Source of the DNA: an uncultured Acidobacteriaceae bacterium
GTDB lineage: Bacteria; Acidobacteriota; Terriglobia; Bryobacterales; Bryobacteraceae
Assembly (NCBI GenBank): GCA_963758245.1
Contig: CAVWUV010000014.1
Span: 127,729 to 191,728 of the forward strand
DNA length: 64,000 bases
Direction: 5' to 3'
Position numbers and translations under genes: made by a program. Under the pieces are notes generated by a model. The model was given only the letters and a program-made list of their open reading frames with translations, was not told where the DNA came from and made no database searches. This document shows positions 1 to 8,973 of this stretch, in pieces. Position 1 is the first letter of the stretch; every line of letters starts with the position of its first letter.

Positions 1-29
1 TTGCCGTTGTAGAGGCATAAGAGGTTTGC

Positions 30-2675
30 ATGCGACCTTTCAAGAATTACTTTCTCCGAAGCCGGCGCTACGACGACCTCGCGATTTCTATCAGAGAACA
101 TCTCGAAGAAAGGATCGAGGAACTCATGGGCAGCGGCATGTCACGCAAGGAGGCGGAGAGCAACGCGCGGCGGGAGTTCGGGAATGTGACGCTAATGGAA
201 GAACGTAGCCGCGAGGTTTGGGAATGGCCAACGGTCGAGAGTCTCTGGGCAGATATAAAGTTCGCCCTGCGACAGCTCATAAAGGCGCCCGGATTTGCAA
301 CGACGGCCGTCCTAACCCTTGCGCTTGGTATTGCTGTCAACGCGACCATGTTCAGCCTGGTCAGCGCCTTTCTTCTATCTCGGCCACCGGGACGCGATCC
401 GCAAAACGTGGTGGTTGTCTCCTCCGTCAATCCGAATGGAGCCGATCATGCAGACACGAATCCTGTTTCCGTGCCCAACTATTTCGCGTGGCGCCAGGAT
501 ACACGAGTGTTTGCTGAAATGGGAGCGGCGAGTGAATTTCGCACGGCTAGTCTGACGGGACAAGGACAGGCAACCGCGGTTCCGTACGCGGCCGTCTCCT
601 CAAACTACTTCAAGGTCTTCGGCGTCTCTCCGGAGCTCGGGCGGTCGTTTGCAGAAGAAGACGATCAGCCCGGGCGCGCACATGTGGTGATCCTCAGCCA
701 TGGTCTGTGGGCGGGGCGTTTCGGCTCCGATCCAGCAGTGGTTGGACAGACGATACGTCTGAATCGCGAAGATTACGTCGTGGTCGGTGTCATGCCGGCA
801 AATTTCCGGCTTCTCGGCTTCAGCCCGCAACTGTGGACGCCGCTTGTGCTGAGTGCGGCAGAGCAAAGTGAGGCAGCCCGCAAAGACCGCTCTCTCTATT
901 TGTTCGCGAGACTTGCCCCCGGTGTAACGCTCGGCACGGCACGCCCAGAGCTGGCTGTGCTTGCGAAGCGCGCCGCCGTAGATGCTCCCTTGATCGAGCG
1001 CGGATGGGGCGCGTCAGCGAGGACTCTGTCGGATTTCCTCATTTATAACTTCGGCATTGGCCCGGCTCTGGCGGTGCTCATGACCACTGTGGGCTTTGTT
1101 CTGCTGATTGCATGCGCTAACGTTGCAGGGCTACTTTTGACCCGGGCAACGGGACGCCAAAAAGAGCTGGCCATTCGCGTTTCGATCGGCGCAAGCCGCC
1201 TTCGCATTGTTCGGCAACTCGTTACAGAAGGCTTCGTGATTGCGCTTCTGGGTGGAGGTGCCGGTTTGTTGCTCACATATTTTGGCATCAGCCTGCTTCG
1301 AGCCAACTTGAGTTTTAACGAGGCACTAAGCGCCGTTCCGGTAACTCTTGATACCGATGTTCTGCTGTTTGTCTCAGTTGTTTCGCTGGTTTCCGCCGCG
1401 CTTTCGAGTATTGCTCCTGCGCTTAAGTGTGCGCGCGCCGATGTCAATACCGGGCTTAAAAGTGAGAGTCGCGCCAGTTCCGGGAGCCGCTCCCAAAACC
1501 GTTTACGATCCGTTCTGGTCGGCGGTGAAATTGCTCTGGCGCTGTTTCTCGTGACCGGCACTAGCCTGCTGATTCGCGGCGTTTACCTGCTGCAGCACCA
1601 GAAATTGGGCTTTCGGACTGACCACCTTCTTACCGCGAGCGTAGCGCTGGACGTCGCGCACTATCCTGATAGCTCTCGCCAACTGCTCTTTGTTCGCGAC
1701 CTGATCTCTCGCCTGCGCCCAATTCCTGGAGTGAAGGACGTCGCGGTTGCCGCTGATCTTCCAGCCACTTATTCGCCTACTGTCCCAATCTCTATCCAAG
1801 GGGAGCAGGAAGTTCCAACCAACGAGCGGCGTAACGCGCTTGACGCCGTAGTTACGCCAGATTATTTCCGCACATTCGGCATTCCAGTGCTGCGCGGCCG
1901 CACATTCACGGAAATGGATGATGCCAACGCATCACGCGCAGTGCTGGTGAACCAGGAGTTTGTTCGTCGCTATCTCCCGGACAGAGATCCGCTGGGAGCA
2001 CGAATCAAACTGGATATCAATGGCGCTGTTCCAGGTTGGAGCGAGATCTTGGGAGTAGTTGGTGACGCGAAAAGGTATTCCATAGACACGCACGTCGATC
2101 CGGAAGTCTACGAATCCTTTTCGCAGAGGCCCGTCCAATCTTTTTCTGTCGTACTTCGAACGGATGTGGAACCGAACGGTCTCGTGCCCGCTTTACGTAA
2201 GATCGTTTCTCAGCTTGACGTTGAACTTCCACTTGGCCGTGTGATGAGCATGGATTCGGTTATAGACGACCAACGGAACGGGAATCAACTTTTCGGTCGC
2301 ATTCTCGGCATCTTCGCGTTTCTGGCCCTGGTGTTAGCAGCCATCGGGATCTATGGCCTGGTTGCCTACTCCGTCGCCCAACGAGTCAATGAGATCGCTA
2401 TCCGCATGGCCCTTGGAGCGAAAGCAGCGGACATATTGCAGATGGTCCTGCGGAATGGCTTCAAAACGGCCGCAATTGGATCGGCACTCGGGCTGGCAAT
2501 CGCGCTATCTCTGCCGAGACTCTTCGATTCTATTTTCCCGGGGATGCAGTTTTCCGCACCCGCGATTCATGTAATCGCATTGGCGGTAATCCTGATGGTG
2601 GCGGCTTTTGCGGTTTACATCCCAGCGTTGCGCGCTGCCCATGTAGACCCGAAGACAGCATTGCGCAACCAGTAA
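30..2675 (+). CDS. ADOP-family duplicated FtsX/MacB-type ABC transporter permease
   Basis: 881-aa ORF. It has an N-terminal amphipathic permease-prefix segment (GMSRKEAESNARREFGNV) and two FtsX-like TM bundles, each preceded by a large periplasmic MacB-like domain. This architecture is typical of the acidobacterial duplicated orphan permease family. Confidence 0.9.
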   Translation: MRPFKNYFLRSRRYDDLAISIREHLEERIEELMGSGMSRKEAESNARREFGNVTLMEERSREVWEWPTVESLWADIKFALRQLIKAPGFATTAVLTLALGIAVNATMFSLVSAFLLSRPPGRDPQNVVVVSSVNPNGADHADTNPVSVPNYFAWRQDTRVFAEMGAASEFRTASLTGQGQATAVPYAAVSSNYFKVFGVSPELGRSFAEEDDQPGRAHVVILSHGLWAGRFGSDPAVVGQTIRLNREDYVVVGVMPANFRLLGFSPQLWTPLVLSAAEQSEAARKDRSLYLFARLAPGVTLGTARPELAVLAKRAAVDAPLIERGWGASARTLSDFLIYNFGIGPALAVLMTTVGFVLLIACANVAGLLLTRATGRQKELAIRVSIGASRLRIVRQLVTEGFVIALLGGGAGLLLTYFGISLLRANLSFNEALSAVPVTLDTDVLLFVSVVSLVSAALSSIAPALKCARADVNTGLKSESRASSGSRSQNRLRSVLVGGEIALALFLVTGTSLLIRGVYLLQHQKLGFRTDHLLTASVALDVAHYPDSSRQLLFVRDLISRLRPIPGVKDVAVAADLPATYSPTVPISIQGEQEVPTNERRNALDAVVTPDYFRTFGIPVLRGRTFTEMDDANASRAVLVNQEFVRRYLPDRDPLGARIKLDINGAVPGWSEILGVVGDAKRYSIDTHVDPEVYESFSQRPVQSFSVVLRTDVEPNGLVPALRKIVSQLDVELPLGRVMSMDSVIDDQRNGNQLFGRILGIFAFLALVLAAIGIYGLVAYSVAQRVNEIAIRMALGAKAADILQMVLRNGFKTAAIGSALGLAIALSLPRLFDSIFPGMQFSAPAIHVIALAVILMVAAFAVYIPALRAAHVDPKTALRNQ

Positions 2676-2883
2676 TGTTCCCGCCTCCAAAAACCCAGTC
2701 ACACCCCTTTTCACCTTGTCTGCCGAAGACAGTTCTACGCTGATCATCTTTCGTTTGAGCAGCCTGCAACCAACGCACTCCGCCGCCCCGCGCCTAAACC
2801 GTTCCAGTCAGCCGCCTCGCTTCTCTATGTTCAAAACAGCCGGAGCCACGTCGGCCATTTTCATTCGAGGAGTTTCAAGCATC

Positions 2884-3504
2884 ATGTCTACAGAAAAACA
2901 AATCGCAGCCAATCAGGCGAATGCTCAGCACAGTACCGGTCCCACCACTGCGGACGGGAAAGCCGCTTCCTGCCTCAACAATTTCCGCTGGGGATTCTGC
3001 GGCACATTCACCTTCCTTCCCTCGGAAGATCCGGAGAATTACGATACACTTCTCTGCGGCCTTCGCGCCGAGCATCAACCCGTGACCGTCACGGAAACCA
3101 TCCTGGTCGAGAAAATGGCGCAGCACCATTGGCTCAGCCAGCGAGCGCTGACCCTCCAGGACATGACGCTTCACGGCGATCTGCCTATTCGCGATCAGGA
3201 AAAACGGTTCGCATTATTCATGCGCTATCAAACCACCAACGACCGTGCCTTCCACAAATGCCTGAACGATCTTCTAAAGCTGAGAGCCGAAAAGCGAAGA
3301 GCAGAAATTGGGTTCGAATCGCACGCCCGTAAACAGGAGGAGGAAGCCCGCAAGCAAGCGGTCGAAAAACGCAAGCAGGACCGCCATCCCATGGACCTTT
3401 TGTTCGCTGAAGCCAAGGCCGACCATCAACTTTTGATGAATCTGAGCTTGCAGGGCTCCATGCGTCGCCAAGAACGCGACGCGACGCTCCAAAAAGCCGC
3501 CTAA
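2884..3504 (+). CDS. Conserved hypothetical protein with a charged coiled-coil C-terminus
   Basis: The likely start is the internal ATG at 2884 of ORF 2716..3504, preceded by GAGGAG. The N-terminus MSTEKQIAANQANAQHSTGPTTADGKAAS resembles a recurrent uncharacterised family seen in Acidobacteria and Planctomycetes. The C-terminus is K/E/R-rich. No catalytic motif was found. Confidence 0.5.
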   Translation: MSTEKQIAANQANAQHSTGPTTADGKAASCLNNFRWGFCGTFTFLPSEDPENYDTLLCGLRAEHQPVTVTETILVEKMAQHHWLSQRALTLQDMTLHGDLPIRDQEKRFALFMRYQTTNDRAFHKCLNDLLKLRAEKRRAEIGFESHARKQEEEARKQAVEKRKQDRHPMDLLFAEAKADHQLLMNLSLQGSMRRQERDATLQKAA

Positions 3505-3582
3505 CACCGCCAATTTCTCCAAGCACGCCGGCTCCGTCACTCGACGTGTGCCCAAAGCGCTAAACTGATCGTCTACTCTCAA

Positions 3583-4683
3583 ATGCCTAACCACGGAAAA
3601 GTAAAAGTCGGAATCATCGGCTCCCAATTCGAAGCGGACATCCATGCCGTTTCCTTCCAGCTCATGCCGGAAGAGGCGGAAGTCGTCGCGGTTGCCTCAC
3701 CCACCCCGGGCCACGCCGAAAAACTGGCGAAGAAATATGGCATCCCTCGCGTATTCCTCGATTACCGCGACATGCTGAAGGAATCCGACATAGAGATGGT
3801 GACCATCACCGCGCCCAACTATCTCCACGCTCAAATGACTGTAGATATCGCCAAAGCCGGCAAGCATGTGGTCTGCGAAAAGCCGCTATGCATGACTCTC
3901 GCCGAAGCCGACGAAATGATTGACACGTGCAAACGCCAAGGCGTTCTGCTCGCCTACGCCGAAGAGTTGTTCTTCACGCCGAAATACGTCAAGGCCAAAG
4001 AAATGGCGGATCAGGGCGGTTTCGGCAAAGTGTATCTCGTGAAGCAGAGTGAGAAGCACTTCGGTCCGCACAGCGAATGGTTCTGGGATGTCGAGCGATC
4101 CGGCGGCGGCGCTCTCATGGATCTGGGCTGTCACGGCATCGCATTCTGCTATTGGTTTCTAGGCCGCCCTGCCATCACCAGCGTCTATGCCCAGCTTGGA
4201 ACTTATGTTCACGCGGACAAAACCAAAGGCGATGACGACGCGCTTTGCATTCTCGAATTTGAAAACGGCGCGGTTGCCTTGATTGAAGACAGTTGGTGCC
4301 GCCGCGGAGGCATGTCGGATCGCACCGAAGTGTACGGCGAGGGCGGATTAACTTACGCCGATCTCCACATGGGCAATGCGCTTCCCACTTACAGCGAATA
4401 CGGCTTCGGCTACGCGGTCGAGAAAGCGCCCACCACAACCGGCTGGAGCTATCCGGTCTTCGAAGAGCATTGGAATTACGGAATCCCGCAAGAAATGCGG
4501 CATTTCGCCAGATGTGTCCGCGGCAAAGAAACACTGCAAGCGACCGGGGAGGATGGTCGCGTCGTTATGGAAGCGCTCTACGCCGCCTACGCTTCTGCCG
4601 GTACAGGCCAGAAGATCAAAATGCCTTACCAGCCCACGGCCAAGACACCCATCCATGAATGGCTGAATCGGAAGACGAAGTGA
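3583..4683 (+). CDS. Gfo/Idh/MocA family NAD(P)-dependent oxidoreductase (cytoplasmic)
   Basis: N-terminal Rossmann motif VKVGIIGSQFEADIH and the conserved EKP motif (VVCEKPL). The 366-aa length is typical of the family. No signal peptide. Confidence 0.85.
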   Translation: MPNHGKVKVGIIGSQFEADIHAVSFQLMPEEAEVVAVASPTPGHAEKLAKKYGIPRVFLDYRDMLKESDIEMVTITAPNYLHAQMTVDIAKAGKHVVCEKPLCMTLAEADEMIDTCKRQGVLLAYAEELFFTPKYVKAKEMADQGGFGKVYLVKQSEKHFGPHSEWFWDVERSGGGALMDLGCHGIAFCYWFLGRPAITSVYAQLGTYVHADKTKGDDDALCILEFENGAVALIEDSWCRRGGMSDRTEVYGEGGLTYADLHMGNALPTYSEYGFGYAVEKAPTTTGWSYPVFEEHWNYGIPQEMRHFARCVRGKETLQATGEDGRVVMEALYAAYASAGTGQKIKMPYQPTAKTPIHEWLNRKTK

Positions 4684-5681
4684 AACCCCCGCTGCTCGAG
4701 AACATTCTCGCCCAGCCCCAAGCCCTCCGAGCCGTTGCATCACATCAGTTCGGTGAAGGTCGCGACGCGCTGATCAAATCAGCGGAGCTTTTGCGCTCGA
4801 GCGAACGAATCGTTTTATCCGGCATGGGAGGATCGTTCGCCGCCTGCATTCCGCTCAGCTATTTCTTCGCTGAGCGAGGCGTGCCTGTTTCGCTCATCGA
4901 AACCTCAGAGCTGCTGCATTTTCAAACGCCCATCTTCCATGCCGAAACCGCCGTCATTCTGGTTTCGCGCTCCGGCGAGAGCGTCGAAGCAACCAAGCTC
5001 CTGAAGAAGCAACCTTCTCGGGTAATCGGTGTCGTGAACGTTCCGGGCAGCTCGATTGCTTCGAATGCTACTCAGACAATCTTGCTCGGCTGTCCGCCAG
5101 ACGAGTTAGTCGCGATTCAAACCTACACCGCGACTGTCGTTACGCTTTTGCTGCTTGGCGCGGCATATTTCAACGAGCTGGACGCGATCAGATCAGAGCT
5201 TGACTCGACCATCGACGCGCTCTCCCGCTGGGTACCAGAATGCCCCGAAGACTTTCTGAGGATCGGATCGCCACTCTACCTCCTCGCCCGCGGTCCATCG
5301 TTGGCCTCCGCTAATCTAGGCGCGCTCCTCTTTCACGAAGTCGCAAAGACGCCCGCAATAGCAATGTCAGCCGGCCAGTTTCGGCACGGCCCCGTCGAGG
5401 TCGCGGGCGAGCACTTTCGCGCCATCATAATTGGCTCGCAAAAAGCGACGGCGGAATTGGATGCCGCCTTGGCGCAAGATCTTCTCGAAGCGCACAGCCA
5501 AGTTTGTCGGATCGGGGCACCAGACAATGTTCCCGCCCGGTTCGCTCCAGTTGCCGAAATCATCCCTTTGCAATTAGCCGCTTATCAGACCGCAAAACTC
5601 CGAGGCATTCCGCTCGGTCATTTTCGCTTCGCGCCCGCTATCACCCTTTCCGAAACCGGTTTCATTCGACGTGACCACTAA
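4659..5681 (+). CDS. SIS-domain phosphosugar isomerase/deaminase-like protein (GlmS C-terminal/AgaS-like)
   Basis: Two SIS-type modules: VLSGMGGSFAA ... ILVSRSGES, followed by a second half. The 340-aa size matches. It overlaps the upstream gene by 25 nt and the downstream ROK kinase gene by 11 nt, so the three are probably one operon. Confidence 0.8.
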   Translation: MAESEDEVKPPLLENILAQPQALRAVASHQFGEGRDALIKSAELLRSSERIVLSGMGGSFAACIPLSYFFAERGVPVSLIETSELLHFQTPIFHAETAVILVSRSGESVEATKLLKKQPSRVIGVVNVPGSSIASNATQTILLGCPPDELVAIQTYTATVVTLLLLGAAYFNELDAIRSELDSTIDALSRWVPECPEDFLRIGSPLYLLARGPSLASANLGALLFHEVAKTPAIAMSAGQFRHGPVEVAGEHFRAIIIGSQKATAELDAALAQDLLEAHSQVCRIGAPDNVPARFAPVAEIIPLQLAAYQTAKLRGIPLGHFRFAPAITLSETGFIRRDH

Positions 5682-6618
5682 TTCTCTCCTCTGTGTCGAT
5701 ATCGGCGGCACATCTACCAAAGCAGGCATTCTGAATCCAAACGGTGAATTATCCTTCGTCGATTCCATCCCCACTCGCCCAACTCCGGAATCTTACGGAG
5801 AGAAACTCTGCAATCTAATCGAGCTAGTACTGAGCCGCGACCGCCAGGGAGCGGATGTGTCAGGCCTCGGAATTGCCGTCGCGGGCTTCCTCAATCCCGA
5901 CCGAGATCGTATGGTCTACAACTCGAATCTAGCGTGGCTCGAAGGCTTCCCGCTCCGCAATCACCTCGCCGATCGATTCGATCTGCCCATCGAGTTGGAA
6001 GTTGATTCAAATGCGGCCGCTATGGCGGAATACAATTTCGGCTCCGGCCGGGACTCGAAACGCTTTCTCTGCGTCACCTCGGGCACGGGTTTGGGAGTAG
6101 GAATGGTCATCGACGGATCTCCGCTTCGTTTCGCCTACGGATGCCTCGGTGATATCGGACACGTCATCGTACAACGCGATGGGCCCGTCTGTACGTGCGG
6201 CGGTCGCGGTTGTGCCGAGGCGCTAGTCTCAGCCCCGTCATTGGCGACGCGATATAAAGAAAAAGCTGGATTAAGCTCGCCGGTCTCCTTGCGGGATGTG
6301 ATCTCAGCGGCTAGGATGCAAGATCAAACTGCGGTTTCAATATTGGAAGAAGCCGGTGAATGGCTGGGCATAGCTATCGCTTCCATGGCCAACACGTTCT
6401 TCCCCGATCACATCGCCATTGCCGGCGGTTTATCCGAAGCCGGCGATTTTCTAATGAAGCCGGTCGAGCGCGCGTTCCAGCACTCAGCGAGTGAATTCGC
6501 CCGATCCCGAACGTCATTAAGCCGCGCCCATTTAGGTGCATCAGCAACCTTAATGGGTGCAGCCTGGCCCTTTTTTCCTGGGGGACGGGCTGACTCTGTC
6601 CCAAGTAGGAGATGTTGA
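5671..6618 (+). CDS. ROK family sugar kinase
   Basis: N-terminal ATP-binding motif LCVDIGGTSTKAG, a ROK-type zinc motif (GHVIV...CTCGGRGCAEA), and 315 aa. Confidence 0.85.
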   Translation: MTTNSLLCVDIGGTSTKAGILNPNGELSFVDSIPTRPTPESYGEKLCNLIELVLSRDRQGADVSGLGIAVAGFLNPDRDRMVYNSNLAWLEGFPLRNHLADRFDLPIELEVDSNAAAMAEYNFGSGRDSKRFLCVTSGTGLGVGMVIDGSPLRFAYGCLGDIGHVIVQRDGPVCTCGGRGCAEALVSAPSLATRYKEKAGLSSPVSLRDVISAARMQDQTAVSILEEAGEWLGIAIASMANTFFPDHIAIAGGLSEAGDFLMKPVERAFQHSASEFARSRTSLSRAHLGASATLMGAAWPFFPGGRADSVPSRRC

Positions 6619-6681
6619 AATGAGCGCGGTCGCACCTCGTGGACAGAGTTGCCCGTCCCCCAGGGCACCCGAGACACGCTA

Positions 6682-7296
6682 ATGGCAAATCAATCACCTC
6701 AACGCCGCGACATCCTTCGCATCCTCTCCCTGGCCGCTGCCGCCAGCCAGTTTCCTGGATTCAGCCGTTGGGCCTACGCCGACCAACATGAGGGCCACGC
6801 CGCTTCCGTCGCACCCAAACCCGCCAACTACACCCCACAGTTCTTTTCTCCAGCCGAATACGTGACCATCGAGCAGCTCACGGAGCTGATCATTCCGAGC
6901 GACGGCACCCCGGGCGCAAAAGAAGCCGGCGTGAGTGAGTTCATAGACTTCATGGCTGCAAGCGACCCGGAAATTCAGGCGCCCTTTCGCACGGGTCTTC
7001 AATGGCTGAACGCTCACGCCCAAAAGGTCCAAGGAAGTCCTTTCGGAAGTCTTTCCGCCGATCAGCAGACCCAAATTCTGCGACCGCTCGCCTATCGCGA
7101 ACAATATGTTGCCGATGAGGCGGCAGGTCAGACATTCTTTCAACTGGTTCGGCGTTACACGGTGATGGGCTATTACACGACTCGAATCGGGCTGGAACAG
7201 CTCGACTTTCCGGGGCTGAAGTTCTATACGAAATCTCCCGCATGTCCGCACACGGATGATCCCGAGCACTTGCACCTTCCGCCGCCGAGGTTCTGA
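6682..7296 (+). CDS. Gluconate 2-dehydrogenase subunit 3 family protein (small Tat-signal subunit of a GMC dehydrogenase complex)
   Basis: Twin-arginine signal (SPQRRDILRILSLAAAASQF). Its stop codon directly abuts the ATG of the GMC flavoprotein gene. The start is placed at the internal ATG at 6682 of ORF 6649..7296. Confidence 0.8.
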   Translation: MANQSPQRRDILRILSLAAAASQFPGFSRWAYADQHEGHAASVAPKPANYTPQFFSPAEYVTIEQLTELIIPSDGTPGAKEAGVSEFIDFMAASDPEIQAPFRTGLQWLNAHAQKVQGSPFGSLSADQQTQILRPLAYREQYVADEAAGQTFFQLVRRYTVMGYYTTRIGLEQLDFPGLKFYTKSPACPHTDDPEHLHLPPPRF

Positions 7297-8973
7297 ATGC
7301 CTAAACAGATCTACGACGTCGTCGTTATAGGAACTGGCGCAGGAGGCGGCATGGCCATCCACACGCTTTGCCAAGCCGGAGCGAAGGTTTGCGCCATCAA
7401 TGCTGGGCGTCATCTCACGCCTCAAAAGGACTTCCGAAATCATCGAATGCCGTACGACATGAAATATCGCGGATTCGGCGATCCGAAGACGCGAAGCCAG
7501 TCCTACGGCTACATGGATAACGAATATACAGCCGGAATCTGGGAACATGAGATCGCTTTCACCACCGCGCCTGGCACGAAGTGGATGTGGCCCCGCTGCT
7601 TCGCCGTAGGTGGGAAGACGAATTTCTGGGGACGCTCCTCAGCCCGTTTCAGTGAGATTGATTTTCGCGCGGCAACCCGCGATGGCTACGACGTCGATTG
7701 GCCCATCACCTACGACGAGATCGCGCCCTATTACAGCCGCGCCGAAAAAATGATTGGCGTCGCGAGTACCACGCAGAACCGTCCCAGCAATCCGGATGGC
7801 GAGTATCTTCCGCCGATGAATTTCCGGTGTCTGGATCGCATCCTCGAAAGCGGCTCGCGCAAAATCGGGATCCCATATCTTCCCGACCGCATCGCTCAGC
7901 TCACCGTGCCCCACGCCGGCCATCCCTCCTGTCACTTCTGCGCCAACTGCACGGAAGGCTGCGATACCGGTTCGTTCTTCTCCACTCCCTGGTTCTTCCT
8001 GCCGGAAGCGGAAAAGACCGGCAATCTCGAAATTCGAACCAACGCACTCGTGAAGAATATCCTGACCGACGCGAACGGCCGCGCGGCTGGCGTCTCTTAC
8101 ATCGACCGTCACACTCGCCAGGAAGTCGAGGTATATGGCCGGGCGGTAGTCGTCGCCGCGTCCTGCATCGAATCCGCACGCATCTTGCTCAATTCCAAGT
8201 CGAGTCATTGGCCAACCGGTATCGCCAATTCGAGCGGTCAGGTGGGCCGCAATCTCTGCGATCACATGTACGGCACCACGGCTTACGGATATCTTCCGCA
8301 GCTTCTCGGCCAGCCAAGTTTTCCCGACAACGTTTCCGCCAGCACTGTCGCCTGGATGCCTCGCTGGCAGAACTTGGAGAATCCTCGCGAAGAAAAGTTC
8401 ATCCGCGGATACTCTGTCTATCCGGACGGAGGCTGCAGCGAATTCCCGGGCTACTACGATCAAATCGAGGGATTCGGTTCCGGGTTCAAGCGGGAAATCA
8501 AGCGCCGCTATCCCACTCCTGTCTCTTTTTACCTGCAAGCCCCATCACAACGAAGCGATTCGAATTACGTCGATATCGACCCGGTCGTAAAAGATGCTTA
8601 TGGAATACCTGTGGTTCGCGTTCATTTTGAGTGGGACAAGAACACGCCGCTTATGTGGGAACATGCGAAGCACGCCTGCGAGCAGCTGATTCGAGCGAGT
8701 GGCGGCGAATATCGGGGCGCAGGGCACCCCGAAATGCCTGGTTTCAGCTTGCATGAAACAGGAACATGTCGCATGGGGAACGATCCGAAAAAGTTTGTGA
8801 CCAACCGCTTCGGCCAAACCCACGATGTGCCGAATCTCTACATCTGTGATGCCAGTGTTTTTCTGAACTGCACAGACAAGACGACCACTATTTCGATCCT
8901 CGCCTTCTCTCTTCGCACCTCCGAGTACTTACTCAACAATCTGCGCGCCGGTGCTACCATTACGGCAGCTTGA
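7297..8973 (+). CDS. GMC family FAD-dependent oxidoreductase, catalytic subunit (no signal peptide of its own)
   Basis: It begins directly with the FAD fold DVVVIGTGAGGG. The C-terminal GMC signature is HETGTCRMG. 558 aa. Pairing with a Tat-signal small subunit matches the known hitch-hiker export arrangement. Confidence 0.9.
   Translation: MPKQIYDVVVIGTGAGGGMAIHTLCQAGAKVCAINAGRHLTPQKDFRNHRMPYDMKYRGFGDPKTRSQSYGYMDNEYTAGIWEHEIAFTTAPGTKWMWPRCFAVGGKTNFWGRSSARFSEIDFRAATRDGYDVDWPITYDEIAPYYSRAEKMIGVASTTQNRPSNPDGEYLPPMNFRCLDRILESGSRKIGIPYLPDRIAQLTVPHAGHPSCHFCANCTEGCDTGSFFSTPWFFLPEAEKTGNLEIRTNALVKNILTDANGRAAGVSYIDRHTRQEVEVYGRAVVVAASCIESARILLNSKSSHWPTGIANSSGQVGRNLCDHMYGTTAYGYLPQLLGQPSFPDNVSASTVAWMPRWQNLENPREEKFIRGYSVYPDGGCSEFPGYYDQIEGFGSGFKREIKRRYPTPVSFYLQAPSQRSDSNYVDIDPVVKDAYGIPVVRVHFEWDKNTPLMWEHAKHACEQLIRASGGEYRGAGHPEMPGFSLHETGTCRMGNDPKKFVTNRFGQTHDVPNLYICDASVFLNCTDKTTTISILAFSLRTSEYLLNNLRAGATITAA

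Noticed and set aside
6694-8630. Long ORFs antisense to, or out of frame with, the gluconate-DH-subunit and GMC genes (6694..7548 minus, 7639..8538 minus, 7698..8630 plus).
   Set aside because: Their translations are R/G/S/P-rich and low in complexity, with no motifs. They lie entirely inside genes that have strong family signatures. Open alternative frames like these are expected in GC-rich DNA.
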